This document shows, piece after piece, positions 27,921 to 38,020 of a DNA stretch of 61,914 nt (position 1 is the first letter of the stretch; the number at the start of each line of letters is the position of its first letter). This DNA comes from Terriglobia bacterium. Its GTDB lineage: Bacteria > Acidobacteriota > Terriglobia > Acidiferrales > UBA7541. A model generated the notes under the pieces. That model saw only the letters and a program-made list of their open reading frames with translations. It was not told the origin of the DNA and did not search any database. A program made the translations under genes and the position numbers. The stretch lies in the NCBI GenBank assembly GCA_041493955.1, contig JBGPZW010000001.1:1-61914 (forward strand), written 5' to 3'.

Positions 27921-28535
27921 ATGGCCACCAAGTGGACGATGAAGGGCGCCCTGCTGGGCGCATGCAACTGCGACTGGGGTTGCCCGTGCAGCTTCAACGC
28001 GCGGCCGACCTACGGCAAGTGCGAGGGCGCTTACGTCTGGCACACCGAGGACGGGAGGTTTGGCGACATCTCGCTCGGCGGGCTCACCCTCGCCTGGGCG
28101 GCTCATTCGCCCGGGCCGCTGCACGAGGGCAAAGTGACCTCCATGATCATCCTCGACGAAAAGGCCAACGCGGCGCAGCGCGAAGCCCTGCTCAAAGTGA
28201 CTCACGGCAAGTTCGGCGGCCCCTGGGCCATCTTCGCAGCCGTGACCCTGAACTGGCTCCAGCCGCGCTTCGCCAACTTTGATGTCCACCTCGACGGCCT
28301 GAAGAGCCGCGCCCGCGCCAGCGGCCTGCTGGAGCTGGCGCTCGGGCCCATCCTGAACCCCGTCACCGGAAAGCAGGAGGAGCTTTACCTGGATAAGCCG
28401 ACCGGGTTCACCTCCACGCGCGCCACGATCTGCAAGTCGGAAATCTTCCGTTTGACCTCGGACTTGCGTTACGACCACAGCGGCCAGTACGCTGAATTCT
28501 CCCACTTCAGCTATGCAGGTGAGGGCGAAGGCTAG
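27921..28535 (+). CDS. DUF1326 domain-containing protein
   Basis: 204-aa ORF with the N-terminal motif GACNCDWGCPCSF, characteristic of DUF1326 as I recall it. It sits 6 nt upstream of a DUF2182-type gene, which is the usual pairing. Confidence 0.75.
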   Translation: MATKWTMKGALLGACNCDWGCPCSFNARPTYGKCEGAYVWHTEDGRFGDISLGGLTLAWAAHSPGPLHEGKVTSMIILDEKANAAQREALLKVTHGKFGGPWAIFAAVTLNWLQPRFANFDVHLDGLKSRARASGLLELALGPILNPVTGKQEELYLDKPTGFTSTRATICKSEIFRLTSDLRYDHSGQYAEFSHFSYAGEGEG

Positions 28536-28541
28536 GCCCTG

Positions 28542-29369
28542 ATGGTGTCGGCACACGAGGCCCACGCGGCAGCCGAGGCGGTCGCCGCACCCGCGCCGCC
28601 GCGCGGCGAACTCTGGGCACGCCTCATCGCTTCTGCAACTTTCCTCCTCGCTGCGGGCTTCACTCTTCACAGTGTGCGCAGCATGTCCGGCGGGATGCCC
28701 ATGCCCGGTGGCTGGACCATGCCCATGATGTGGATGGTCATGCCCGGGCAATCGGCGTGGTCAGCGGCGTCGATGTTCCTGCTGATGTGGCAGGCCATGA
28801 TGGTGGCCATGATGCTGCCGTCTTCCTGGCCGATGCTTTCCCTGTACCGGCGTGTCGCACTGCACACCGCAGCGCCGCGTCCTGCGCTTTCCACCTGCCT
28901 GGTCGGTGGGGGCTACTTCGCCGTATGGCTGGCGTTCGGTGCAGTGGCGTTCGGCATCGGCATCGAGATTTCGCACGGGGCGATGGAATCCGAGCGCCTG
29001 AGCCGCTTGATTCCCCCCGCAGCGGGCGTAGCGCTGATCCTCGCCGGCCTCTATCAACTCTCCCCGCTCAAGCAGTCCTGCCTTAAGCATTGTCGAGAGC
29101 CGCTGCTGTTCCTGGGTCATGCCTGGCGCCCAGGGCCCGCAGGGGCGATCCGCGTGGGCATCCTGCACGGGGCATACTGCGCGGCGTGTTGTTGGGCGCT
29201 GATGCTCATCCAGATGGTCTTGGGCGTGATGAACCTGGGCGTGATGGCCGCCGTTGCCGCGGTCATTGGCGTGGAAAAGCTCTGGAAGCGCGGCCCGCTG
29301 CTCGCGCGCCTGGTGGGGGGCAGCGCCATCGCTGCTGGCGCCGCACTCCTGCTCCGTTCTCTTCGCTGA
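28542..29369 (+). CDS. DUF2182 domain-containing integral membrane protein (predicted metal-binding)
   Basis: 275-aa multi-TM ORF. It has a Met-rich stretch MSGGMPMPGGWTMPMMWMVMPG and the Cys/His motifs CLKHC and HGAYCAACCW. Confidence 0.75.
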   Translation: MVSAHEAHAAAEAVAAPAPPRGELWARLIASATFLLAAGFTLHSVRSMSGGMPMPGGWTMPMMWMVMPGQSAWSAASMFLLMWQAMMVAMMLPSSWPMLSLYRRVALHTAAPRPALSTCLVGGGYFAVWLAFGAVAFGIGIEISHGAMESERLSRLIPPAAGVALILAGLYQLSPLKQSCLKHCREPLLFLGHAWRPGPAGAIRVGILHGAYCAACCWALMLIQMVLGVMNLGVMAAVAAVIGVEKLWKRGPLLARLVGGSAIAAGAALLLRSLR

Positions 29370-29394
29370 CTGCCGAAAGCTGATTGCTGACGGC

Positions 29395-30783
<1,389 letters not shown>

Positions 30784-31008
30784 TGCAATTCTTATTTAAC
30801 ACGATTTCGATTCCCTTCGGAGAGCGGGAGCGAACCGATGTGTAGAGTCCGGCATGGGGGCAGAGAATCGGCAGGTAGGACGTATGAGCCGGGTCACCCA
30901 CAACGAAGGCAGAGGGCACAGAAGATCAATGCGCAGAGGAAAGACGAAGATGTGAGCGATCCGACGGACCATATCGCCGCAGGCCTTAGACTTTTGGCTT
31001 TGGACTGT

Positions 31009-31036
31009 CAACTGACAACTGAAAGCTGAGAACTGA
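31009..31036 (+). repeat. Four tandem heptads CAACTGA CAACTGA AAGCTGA GAACTGA
   Basis: Read directly. The array lies between the coiled-coil gene stop and the response-regulator gene. Confidence 0.5.
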
Positions 31037-31039
31037 GAC

Positions 31040-31648
31040 CTACTCGCGGGCCCAGCCTGGATCGCCACCGGCGCGGCGCAAATCGTCCTCAAGGTCGGCG
31101 AGAACCTGCTTGAGGTGGGCCACTTCCTGCTTCTTGTCCGCGATGGCCTTGGTGAGGTTGTTGATGTCGGAGCGGGTGTTCTGTTGCTTGAGGGCCTTAT
31201 TCGGGTCGCTGTAGTATTGTTGCTGCTGCAGGTTCAACTCGCGCTGCATGATGTCGAGCTCTTTCTCGGCGGTGCGCAGCCGGCCGCGAGCTTCGGCGAA
31301 GCGCTTGCGCCAGGCGGCTTCGCTCTTCGTGTCTTTTTCCTTTTCCTTCTCCTTGGCAGCTTGCTCCTCAGGTGTGGCGGGCTTGGCTTCGCCGGCCTCG
31401 GGTTTGGCTACGGCGGCTTCCGCCTCGGCGGCGGGTGGGGCGCTGCCCACGACATTGACGCCAGCGGAGACACTGGGGAGGTTGTCGTTGGTAAAGATCT
31501 TTGCGGGCTTCGGCGGAGTTTTCTTTTGCTCGCGCGCCTTCCGGGCAGCGTCAGCAACGGACTGCTGCGGTTGCTGTTGCGGCGCGGCGTAACAAAGCGG
31601 CACGGCGAGCAGAATCAGGCTCGCTGCTCCAAGGATCAACCTACGCAT
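31040..31648 (-). CDS. Secreted coiled-coil protein (hypothetical)
   Basis: It starts at MRRLILGAASLILLAVPLCYA (signal peptide), followed by an Ala/Glu/Lys/Pro low-complexity region. A heptad-rich C-terminus follows (LRTAEKELDIMQRELNLQQQQYY...LKQVLADLEDDL). An alternative ATG at 31654 is possible. Confidence 0.65.
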   Translation of the reverse strand: MRRLILGAASLILLAVPLCYAAPQQQPQQSVADAARKAREQKKTPPKPAKIFTNDNLPSVSAGVNVVGSAPPAAEAEAAVAKPEAGEAKPATPEEQAAKEKEKEKDTKSEAAWRKRFAEARGRLRTAEKELDIMQRELNLQQQQYYSDPNKALKQQNTRSDINNLTKAIADKKQEVAHLKQVLADLEDDLRRAGGDPGWARE

Positions 31649-31706
31649 GACCATGGCCTTTCGGGCACCCTGGGGCGCCTTACCGGTCGGCTGGCCGGGG
31701 AACCTC

Positions 31707-33077
31707 CTACTTAGTGTAAATGCCGGCGGAGGCCGAATCAACTGCCTGGGTGGCCTGGCGCCGCAGCGGTAGCCAAAGGATAAACTCAGCACCCCCTTCA
31801 GGCTGGTTGCGCGCCTCAACGCCGCCGCCGTGCTGCACGACGATCTTCTGCACTACGGCGAGGCCCAGGCCGGTGCCGGTGGCCTTCGTAGTGTAGAAAG
31901 GCAGGAAAATCTTGGGCAAGTCTTCGGCCGGGATGCCGGGGCCGTTGTCGGAGATGGAGATGCGCTGGACGCCGCGGCCCGGGCCGTCCTCGACCGCGCC
32001 GTGTACCCGCACGCGCCCGCCAAACGGCTGTCCGGTGACGGCCTCGGCGGCATTGCGCGCCAGGTTGAGAAGCGCCTGGCGCAGCAGTCCTTCGTCGCCA
32101 GAAACCTCGGCGAACTCGCCGTCACAGCTCACCGCGACCTGCGGCATGGCTTCGCGGACGTCGGACACCACGCGATCGACCAGCGAGTGCATGGCAACGT
32201 CTTCGTCGGCCAGCTCAAGCGGCCGGGCAAATTTCAGAAACTCGGTGACCACGTGGGTGATGGCGCGGGTCTGCTCCAGGATGCGCGCCGCGTGGTCGGC
32301 CAGCTCGCCCCCGGCGGCTTCACTGCGGATCATCTGCGCGTAGCCGGAAATGGTCGCCAGGGCGTTCTTGAATTCGTGCGCCATGCCGGCGGAAAGCTCG
32401 CCCAGCGCGGCGAGGTTTTCCTTCATGTGAATCTGCTTTTGGAGCAAGGTAAGTTCGGTGAGGTCGCTGAGCAGGCAGATCGCGCCGGAGACTTCGCGCG
32501 GGCCGATCAGGATGGGCGAGATGGTCACGCCGAGCTGGCGCAACTCGGACGCCGGGGTGGTGTATTCGACTTCCTCACGGCGGTAGGTGCGCGCTTCTTC
32601 GAGACAGCTCGTGAGCAAGCGCGAGAGGGCCGAGCCGGGCCCCAGGGCTTCGGTGTAGCGCCGGTAGGCGAGCCCGCGGACGCCCAGCGCCGTCTCGGCG
32701 GCGGGGTTGGCGCTGGTGATGATCCCGGCCGAGTTGACCAGCAGAAACCCGGCGGGCATGTTGCGGGTTACCGCTTCGCTCAGGCGTTCGGTCTGCTCGG
32801 CGCGTTCTTTTTCCAGGCGATGCAGCCGCTCGAGCTCCTTTTCCTGCTCGCGCAGCTTCTGAATAACCGCTTGCATCGAGGCGGCCATGAAGGCCGCGGG
32901 GTTCTCCCCGGCGGGCTTCAGCGTGCCCAATTCGTCGCTGCGTTCCCTTTCTCCGCTGCGGAGGTAGCGCCGCAGCCCGAACGAGAAGACATAGGCCCCG
33001 CCGATGAGGACGAGCAGAAAGAGAACCGCACCGCCCAGCCAGAGCGGCCAAGTCGCCGGGATTTGCAGCGCCATCAT
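31707..33077 (-). CDS. Sensor histidine kinase (TM, PAS-like, HisKA, HATPase_c)
   Basis: The H-box LSAGMAHEFKNAL, N-box LLNLARNA, and G-boxes DNGPGI and GTGLGLA are present. An N-terminal TM segment is WPLWLGGAVLFLLVLIGGAYVF. The start is taken at MMALQ (33077); an upstream ATG at 33125 would overlap pilD. Confidence 0.88.
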   Translation of the reverse strand: MMALQIPATWPLWLGGAVLFLLVLIGGAYVFSFGLRRYLRSGERERSDELGTLKPAGENPAAFMAASMQAVIQKLREQEKELERLHRLEKERAEQTERLSEAVTRNMPAGFLLVNSAGIITSANPAAETALGVRGLAYRRYTEALGPGSALSRLLTSCLEEARTYRREEVEYTTPASELRQLGVTISPILIGPREVSGAICLLSDLTELTLLQKQIHMKENLAALGELSAGMAHEFKNALATISGYAQMIRSEAAGGELADHAARILEQTRAITHVVTEFLKFARPLELADEDVAMHSLVDRVVSDVREAMPQVAVSCDGEFAEVSGDEGLLRQALLNLARNAAEAVTGQPFGGRVRVHGAVEDGPGRGVQRISISDNGPGIPAEDLPKIFLPFYTTKATGTGLGLAVVQKIVVQHGGGVEARNQPEGGAEFILWLPLRRQATQAVDSASAGIYTK

Positions 33078-33094
33078 CTTGTGCGTGCCTGTTT

Positions 33095-34009
33095 TTAGTG
33101 CCCCGTCAATAAAGCCTGGTACCACTCGAGCATCGGCGTGCCGAAAAACACCACCAGCAGCGCGCCCGCTCCAAGAAACGTACCGAAGGGCAATTCATAG
33201 TCCCGGCCCTTGCCCGCCAGGGCGATGATCAGCAGGCCGATTACACTGCCCAGCAGCGAGCCGGCCAGAATCGTCAGCAGCGTGCGCTTCAGGCCCAGAA
33301 ACACCCCAGCCATGGCCATCATTTTCACGTCGCCCAGGCCCATGCCCTCGCGCCCGCGCAACCGGAAATAGCCTTCGCCCACCAGCCACAGCAGGCCGCT
33401 CCCGGCGGCAGCCCCGAGCGCGGCATCGGTCAGTGAGAGCACCGGCCGCGGCGGAGGGAACGCAAACAGGCGGTTGGCCAGCCATAGGGCGCTGCCGTCC
33501 ACGGGCCGGGTGAAGAGACTCAGCGCGATTCCGATGCCCAGGCCGGTGAAGTTCACCTTGTCGGGCAGGAGGCGTTCGCGCGCGTCGGTGATCGTGAGCA
33601 CGACGAGCAAGGCCGAAAAGATCGCCCACTTCAGAGCGTCCACGCTTAGGTCGAACGCGAGGTAACAGACCAGGAACAGCAGGGCCGTCAGCAGCTCGAC
33701 CGCGGGGTAAAGCGCGGAGATTCTGGTTTTGCAGGTCCGGCACTTGCCGCCCAGCAGCAGCCAGCTCAGCACGGGGATGTTGTCATAGGGCTTGATTGGC
33801 GTCTGGCATGACGGACAACGCGAGGACGGGAGCACCACAGACTCTTCCCGCGGGATGCGGCGAATGCAGACGTTCAGGAAGCTGCCGATCACCAGGCCCA
33901 CGACGAAAACACCGGCTGCGATCAAGGGATTCCTTGCGGCGGCGCGTTCCGGGCGCCGTCGTTGTTCCGCACTGGCACTGTGCCACAAGCGCCGCAGGGC
34001 CTCAACCAT
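33095..34009 (-). CDS. pilD: Prepilin peptidase (A24 family, PilD-like)
   Basis: The zinc-ribbon CPSC...CRTC and the YPAVELLTALLF pattern are present, in a multi-TM protein. The second catalytic region is GLGDVKMMAMAG. Confidence 0.88.
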   Translation of the reverse strand: MVEALRRLWHSASAEQRRRPERAAARNPLIAAGVFVVGLVIGSFLNVCIRRIPREESVVLPSSRCPSCQTPIKPYDNIPVLSWLLLGGKCRTCKTRISALYPAVELLTALLFLVCYLAFDLSVDALKWAIFSALLVVLTITDARERLLPDKVNFTGLGIGIALSLFTRPVDGSALWLANRLFAFPPPRPVLSLTDAALGAAAGSGLLWLVGEGYFRLRGREGMGLGDVKMMAMAGVFLGLKRTLLTILAGSLLGSVIGLLIIALAGKGRDYELPFGTFLGAGALLVVFFGTPMLEWYQALLTGH

Positions 34010-34117
34010 CCCCAGTCCCGCCGTGCCCGATGCCTAACGCAGGTGAGCCCAATCCAGAGCCCACCGCCGGCGCGGCCGGGGCCGGCGACCGCGGTCCAAG
34101 CTGGCCGCTGTGCGGGG

Positions 34118-34633
34118 CTACTCCTTCCGTGGTTTGTGGCTGATAGCCTGCGGGTGCTTCACTTCGCCGTTGGGGGCCTTGGCGTCGTGAGGCCACCAGA
34201 GGTGGAAGATAATCCCATCGGTCTGCGCGGCGGATTCGGCGATTTTTCTCGCCTCCTCCTCCGGCCGATCCAGGATCTGTACGCGGCCGGTGGCAATCTC
34301 AAGCGCGTGGTCGTGGTAATACTTGTTCCAAGCAGCAAGTGGGACGTTGGGCCGGCTGACGGTCTTGGCGATGAAGTACTCCACCTGGACCAGCAAGGCC
34401 TTCGGGTCTGTGGAGTCGTAGATCAGGCACTCGTAGACGTCATTCGACACCGCTTTGCAGTAGTGATGGTAGGGCCCCATTACCTTGCCCTCGACGACAT
34501 GGGGAGCCACCACGTGCAGGTCGTGGCCATCTGCCGGGGTTGCCTTCTTGGCCTGCTGCGGAACACTTGGCGCAGCAAGGATGAACACCGCAACGACAAC
34601 GAGCAGAAGGGGCACGGAGCTTCGCCAGGTCAT
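34118..34633 (-). CDS. DUF1264 domain-containing protein, secreted
   Basis: It starts at MTWRSSVPLLLVVVAVFILAAP with a strong Shine-Dalgarno sequence (GAGGAGGA). The blocks HHYCKAVSNDVYECLIYDS...VQVEYFI...WNKYYHDHALEIATG resemble DUF1264 as I recall it. Confidence 0.65.
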   Translation of the reverse strand: MTWRSSVPLLLVVVAVFILAAPSVPQQAKKATPADGHDLHVVAPHVVEGKVMGPYHHYCKAVSNDVYECLIYDSTDPKALLVQVEYFIAKTVSRPNVPLAAWNKYYHDHALEIATGRVQILDRPEEEARKIAESAAQTDGIIFHLWWPHDAKAPNGEVKHPQAISHKPRKE

Positions 34634-34788
34634 GGGAGAGTCCTCCTCTCTACGAATCGGCGTTCCTGGGACCGGGAACGGAGACCATATACGCGGAAAG
34701 CTGCGAAGTGTCAAACATCCCGTTCGTGCCGCAGCAGGGCGGTTTGTTCGCCACTCGCGGCTGCGCTATAGTTTGAGTTTTGATCCTC

Positions 34789-35802
34789 ATGAGCTGGCTC
34801 GAACAAGCAATCCGCCGCTACGAACACCGCCGCTGGACCAAGGACGATAACCGGCGCGTGCTGCCGTTTGAGTGGGGGCTGGAGAACGTCGGCGGGCGCG
34901 CGGACGAGCCCGATCCCCGCGGCTTCCTCGAGCAGTGGGCGGCGCACACTCTGGCACACAGCGACGAGTGGTATGCCGCGACGCCCGCGGACGACTATCA
35001 CCTGTGCGACGCCGTGCTAACATTTACCAGTTCCATCCGCTCGCCCTGGCCGCAAAACAATGTCGTCCACGCGCGGTTTTTCCAGGCGAAGAAGTCGGGC
35101 CCGGCCGTGGTGGTGCTGCCCAACTGGAACGCGAAATGGGACGGCCAGGTGGACATCTGCCGCTGGCTGACCCGCTGGGGCATCACCGCGTTGCGCTTGA
35201 GCCTGCCTTATCATGACCGCCGCGCCATCCCCGGCCACGAGCGCGCCGACTACCTGGTGGGGCCGAACATCGGGCTGACACTGCAGGCCAACCGCCAGGC
35301 GGTCACCGATGCACGCCTCTGCCTGCGCTGGCTCGAGCAGCAGGGCTATACGCGGCTCGGCTTGCTGGGCACGAGCATCGGCTCCTCGATCGGCTTCATT
35401 ACCCTGGCGCACGAACCGGCGCTGCGAGCCGGCGCGTTTCTGCACGTCTCGACCTACTTCGCCGACGTGGTGCGCACCGGCATGACCACCATGCACGTTT
35501 GGGAGAGCCTGCGCGCGAAGGTGGGGCCGGAGGAGTTGCGGCGTTACTGGGCGCCCATCAGTCCGTATCCCTTTATCGAGCGCGTCCAGCACACCAACAA
35601 GCGTTGCCTGATGGTCAGCGGGCGCTACGATCCGACCTTCTGGCCGGAGTTCTCCGAGCAGATCTTGGACAAGCTGCGCGAGGACGGCGTGGAGCACGAG
35701 AGGCTCGTCTTGCCTTGCGGCCACTACTCGCTCGAACTGCCCCCGTTCAGTTACGCTGCCGGCCTGCGGTTGGGCACCTTCCTCTTCCAATCACTGGCAT
35801 AG
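34789..35802 (+). CDS. Alpha/beta hydrolase family protein
   Basis: It starts at MSWLEQAIRRY. The nucleophile-elbow region is LLGTSIGSSIG (GxSxG). The overall length and pattern fit an abhydrolase. A TTG at 34780 is an alternative start. Confidence 0.75.
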   Translation: MSWLEQAIRRYEHRRWTKDDNRRVLPFEWGLENVGGRADEPDPRGFLEQWAAHTLAHSDEWYAATPADDYHLCDAVLTFTSSIRSPWPQNNVVHARFFQAKKSGPAVVVLPNWNAKWDGQVDICRWLTRWGITALRLSLPYHDRRAIPGHERADYLVGPNIGLTLQANRQAVTDARLCLRWLEQQGYTRLGLLGTSIGSSIGFITLAHEPALRAGAFLHVSTYFADVVRTGMTTMHVWESLRAKVGPEELRRYWAPISPYPFIERVQHTNKRCLMVSGRYDPTFWPEFSEQILDKLREDGVEHERLVLPCGHYSLELPPFSYAAGLRLGTFLFQSLA

Positions 35803-35883
35803 ATTTCTTGCTGTGTTCTTGCGTGGTGGCAGGTTCCCCGGACGGGGCTCTGGACAGGTTCAGCGCATCACTCGACATGGCTG

Positions 35884-37410
35884 CTATCCGAGGATCTTCT
35901 GGAAGGCGGAGTCTCCGATGAGCGCGGCCACGACGGCGATGTCAGGCGCCAGCGAGCGATCGGCCGTGACGCGCGGGGAGACCGTTCGGACGAGGTCGTG
36001 AGCCTTCTGTGCCTCGGTGCCGGTGCGCAGCGGCGCGAGCAGGTCGATGCCCTGACAGGCGGCGAGGAGTTCGATGGCGATGATCTTTTGCAGATTCTCG
36101 AGCAGCGGCCGCAGCCGCCGCGCAGCGCTCATGCCCATCGAAACATAGTCTTCCTGGCCCCCCGAGGTGGGAATCGAATCCACCGAGTGCGGCGTGGCGA
36201 GGGCTTTGGATTCACTGGCCAGCGCCGCGGCGGTCACCTGCGCCAGCATGAATCCGGAGTTCAGGCCAGGATCTGAGGTGAGGAACGCGGGGAGCCGGCT
36301 GGTGTGCGGGTTGGTCATGTGCTCGGTACGCCGTTCGGAGATGCCTGCGAGGGTGGCGAGCGCCACGGCGAGATGGTCGGCGGCCATGGCCAGGGGCTGG
36401 CCGTGGAAGTTGCCGCCGCTGAGCACCTCGCCGGTGTCCGCGAAGACCAGCGGGTTGTCGGTGGCGCTGTTGAGTTCGACGAGCAGGATTTCGCGGACCT
36501 GCGCAAGGGCGTCGCGCACGGCGCCGTGCACTTGCGGCGCGCAGCGCAAGCTGTAAGCATCCTGAATGCGCGGGTCGCGTTCGGCCGCGCGGTGGGACTC
36601 GCGGATTTGGCTGCCGCGATTGAGGCGCAGGAGGTTGCGCGCCGTGGCCGCGTGGCCGGCATAGGGACGCGCCTGCGCAATGCGCTCATCAAACGCCGTG
36701 GGGCTGCCACGCAGAGCATCGAGGGCAAGGGCGGCAGCGACGTCGGCGGTGTCCACCAGAATCTCCGCCTCGCGCAGGGCGAGCGCGAGCAGCGCGAGCA
36801 TCCCCTGGGTACCGTTGAGCAGCGAGAGGCCTTCCTTGGCCTCGAGCGCAAGCGCCGCGATGCCAGCGCGACGCAGCGCCTCACCGCCGGCCAGCTTCTC
36901 GTGCGCGTAAATGGCTTCGCCTTCGCCAATCATCACCTGGGCGAGGTGCGCCAGCGGCGCAAGATCGCCGGATGCTCCCACCGAGCCCTGCGAAGGAATG
37001 ACCGGATGCACGCGGCAGTTGAGCATGGCGCAGAGCGTCTCCACGACCATGGACCGCACGCCACTCAGGCCTTTGGCCAGGGCGTTGGCACGCAGCAGCA
37101 TCATTGCGCGGGTTTCCGCTTCACTCAGCGGCGCGCCAACGCCGCAGGCGTGGCTGCGCACCAGGTTGAGCTGTAACTGACGGATCTGGTCGGGAGAGAT
37201 GCGCACCTCGGCCAGGTCACCGAATCCGGTATTGACGCCATAGGCCGTCCTGCCCGAAGCCACCAGCCGGTCGATCACCGCGCGCGAAGCCTCCATGCGC
37301 GCGCGGGCGCGGGGATCGAGCGCCACTTCGGCGCCGCCCATGGCCACGTCGTAGAGTTGTTCCAAAGTGAGGTCGTTGCCGCTAATCAAAACGCTGCGGA
37401 GAGAGGCCAT
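35884..37410 (-). CDS. hutH: Histidine ammonia-lyase
   Basis: It starts at MASLRSVLISG (ATG 37410). Motifs present are YGVNTGFG, NLVRSHACGVG, and the MIO-forming GSVGASGDLAPLAH. The track ORF's N-terminal extension is Arg/Pro-rich junk overlapping the upstream gene. Confidence 0.88.
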   Translation of the reverse strand: MASLRSVLISGNDLTLEQLYDVAMGGAEVALDPRARARMEASRAVIDRLVASGRTAYGVNTGFGDLAEVRISPDQIRQLQLNLVRSHACGVGAPLSEAETRAMMLLRANALAKGLSGVRSMVVETLCAMLNCRVHPVIPSQGSVGASGDLAPLAHLAQVMIGEGEAIYAHEKLAGGEALRRAGIAALALEAKEGLSLLNGTQGMLALLALALREAEILVDTADVAAALALDALRGSPTAFDERIAQARPYAGHAATARNLLRLNRGSQIRESHRAAERDPRIQDAYSLRCAPQVHGAVRDALAQVREILLVELNSATDNPLVFADTGEVLSGGNFHGQPLAMAADHLAVALATLAGISERRTEHMTNPHTSRLPAFLTSDPGLNSGFMLAQVTAAALASESKALATPHSVDSIPTSGGQEDYVSMGMSAARRLRPLLENLQKIIAIELLAACQGIDLLAPLRTGTEAQKAHDLVRTVSPRVTADRSLAPDIAVVAALIGDSAFQKILG

Positions 37411-37412
37411 GT

Positions 37413-37847
37413 TCAGGAGCGTGCCGGCGTGGCAGCACGGTGAGTTGCGGTAAACAGTTTGCGGTATTTTGCCGGGAGCGTCTTCGGGCGGCCATCGTGG
37501 TCGCAGATAACGTGCGTGGTTTCGCCGGTGGCGAGCAACTCGCCGGTGGCGTTGTTGAAGATCTCGTAGGCGAAGCGGATCGTCCGGCTGCGGGCTTCGG
37601 CGATGCGAGTGCGGATGCGCAGCAGATCGTCGTAGCGCGCCGGGCGGAGATAGCGGCAACTGGCCTCGGCGACCACGATGTAGCTGTCGTCCTGCTGCTC
37701 CATTTCCTTGTAGGCGAAGCCCATCTCTCGGAGCAGCTCGACGCGGCCGACTTCAAACCAGACGAAGAAATTGCCGTAATAGACGAAACGCATCTGGTCG
37801 GTTTCGGCGTAGCGCACGCGAACGGTGGTTTCAAAGAAGTCGTGCAC
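37413..37847 (-). CDS. Acyl-CoA thioesterase (4HBT/YbgC family hotdog fold)
   Basis: The sequence ...HDFFETTVRVRYAETDQMRFVYYGNFFVWFEVGRVELLREMG... is typical of YbgC-like thioesterases. Its stop lies 2 nt before the hutH ATG. The start is uncertain: GTG 37847 is chosen, but the frame is open up to 37946. Confidence 0.75.
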   Translation of the reverse strand: MHDFFETTVRVRYAETDQMRFVYYGNFFVWFEVGRVELLREMGFAYKEMEQQDDSYIVVAEASCRYLRPARYDDLLRIRTRIAEARSRTIRFAYEIFNNATGELLATGETTHVICDHDGRPKTLPAKYRKLFTATHRAATPARS

Positions 37848-37900
37848 GGCTGGGAAGTGTAATCCAAGCGAGGCGAGGAGGCAAAGAGACCGGGGGCCCC

Positions 37901-38020
37901 CCGTGCATTTTCTGTAAGTGTTCATTCCAGGAGGCTTTAAGTGCATTGATTTTGTATGTGCGCATTCCAGATGACTTGCGGACCCATTTTTAGTAAGTGC
38001 TCATTCTACAGGGCTTGTAG
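37901..38020. repeat. Cluster of five GTGC(N0-2)ATT-core motifs in a lower-GC spacer
   Basis: The copies are gtgcatttt (37903), gtgttcattcc (37917), gtgcattgat (37941), gtgcgcattcc (37958) and gtgctcattct (37997). The longest copy, GTAAGTGCTCATTCTACAGGGCTTGTAG, resembles 1132-1153 and 1172-1200. Confidence 0.45.

Noticed and set aside
35806-35825. Sigma54 promoter-like strings (TGGCAT-N..-TTGCT here; also TGGCAC hits at 1630, 45712(-), 54310 and 58884), sought because a sigma54 activator is encoded in the window.
   Set aside because: The GG-to-GC spacing is wrong (14 instead of 12), or the hits lie inside coding regions or face no downstream gene.
35884-37410. The idea that the ammonia-lyase is a PAL/TAL feeding a beta-oxidative benzoyl-CoA-type pathway with the neighbouring thioesterase, crotonase and thiolase.
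   Set aside because: The substrate-selectivity position reads S-H (NLVRSHACGVG), which I recall as the histidine ammonia-lyase signature. No CoA ligase or acyl-CoA dehydrogenase is present. It is kept only as a low-probability note under the cluster finding.
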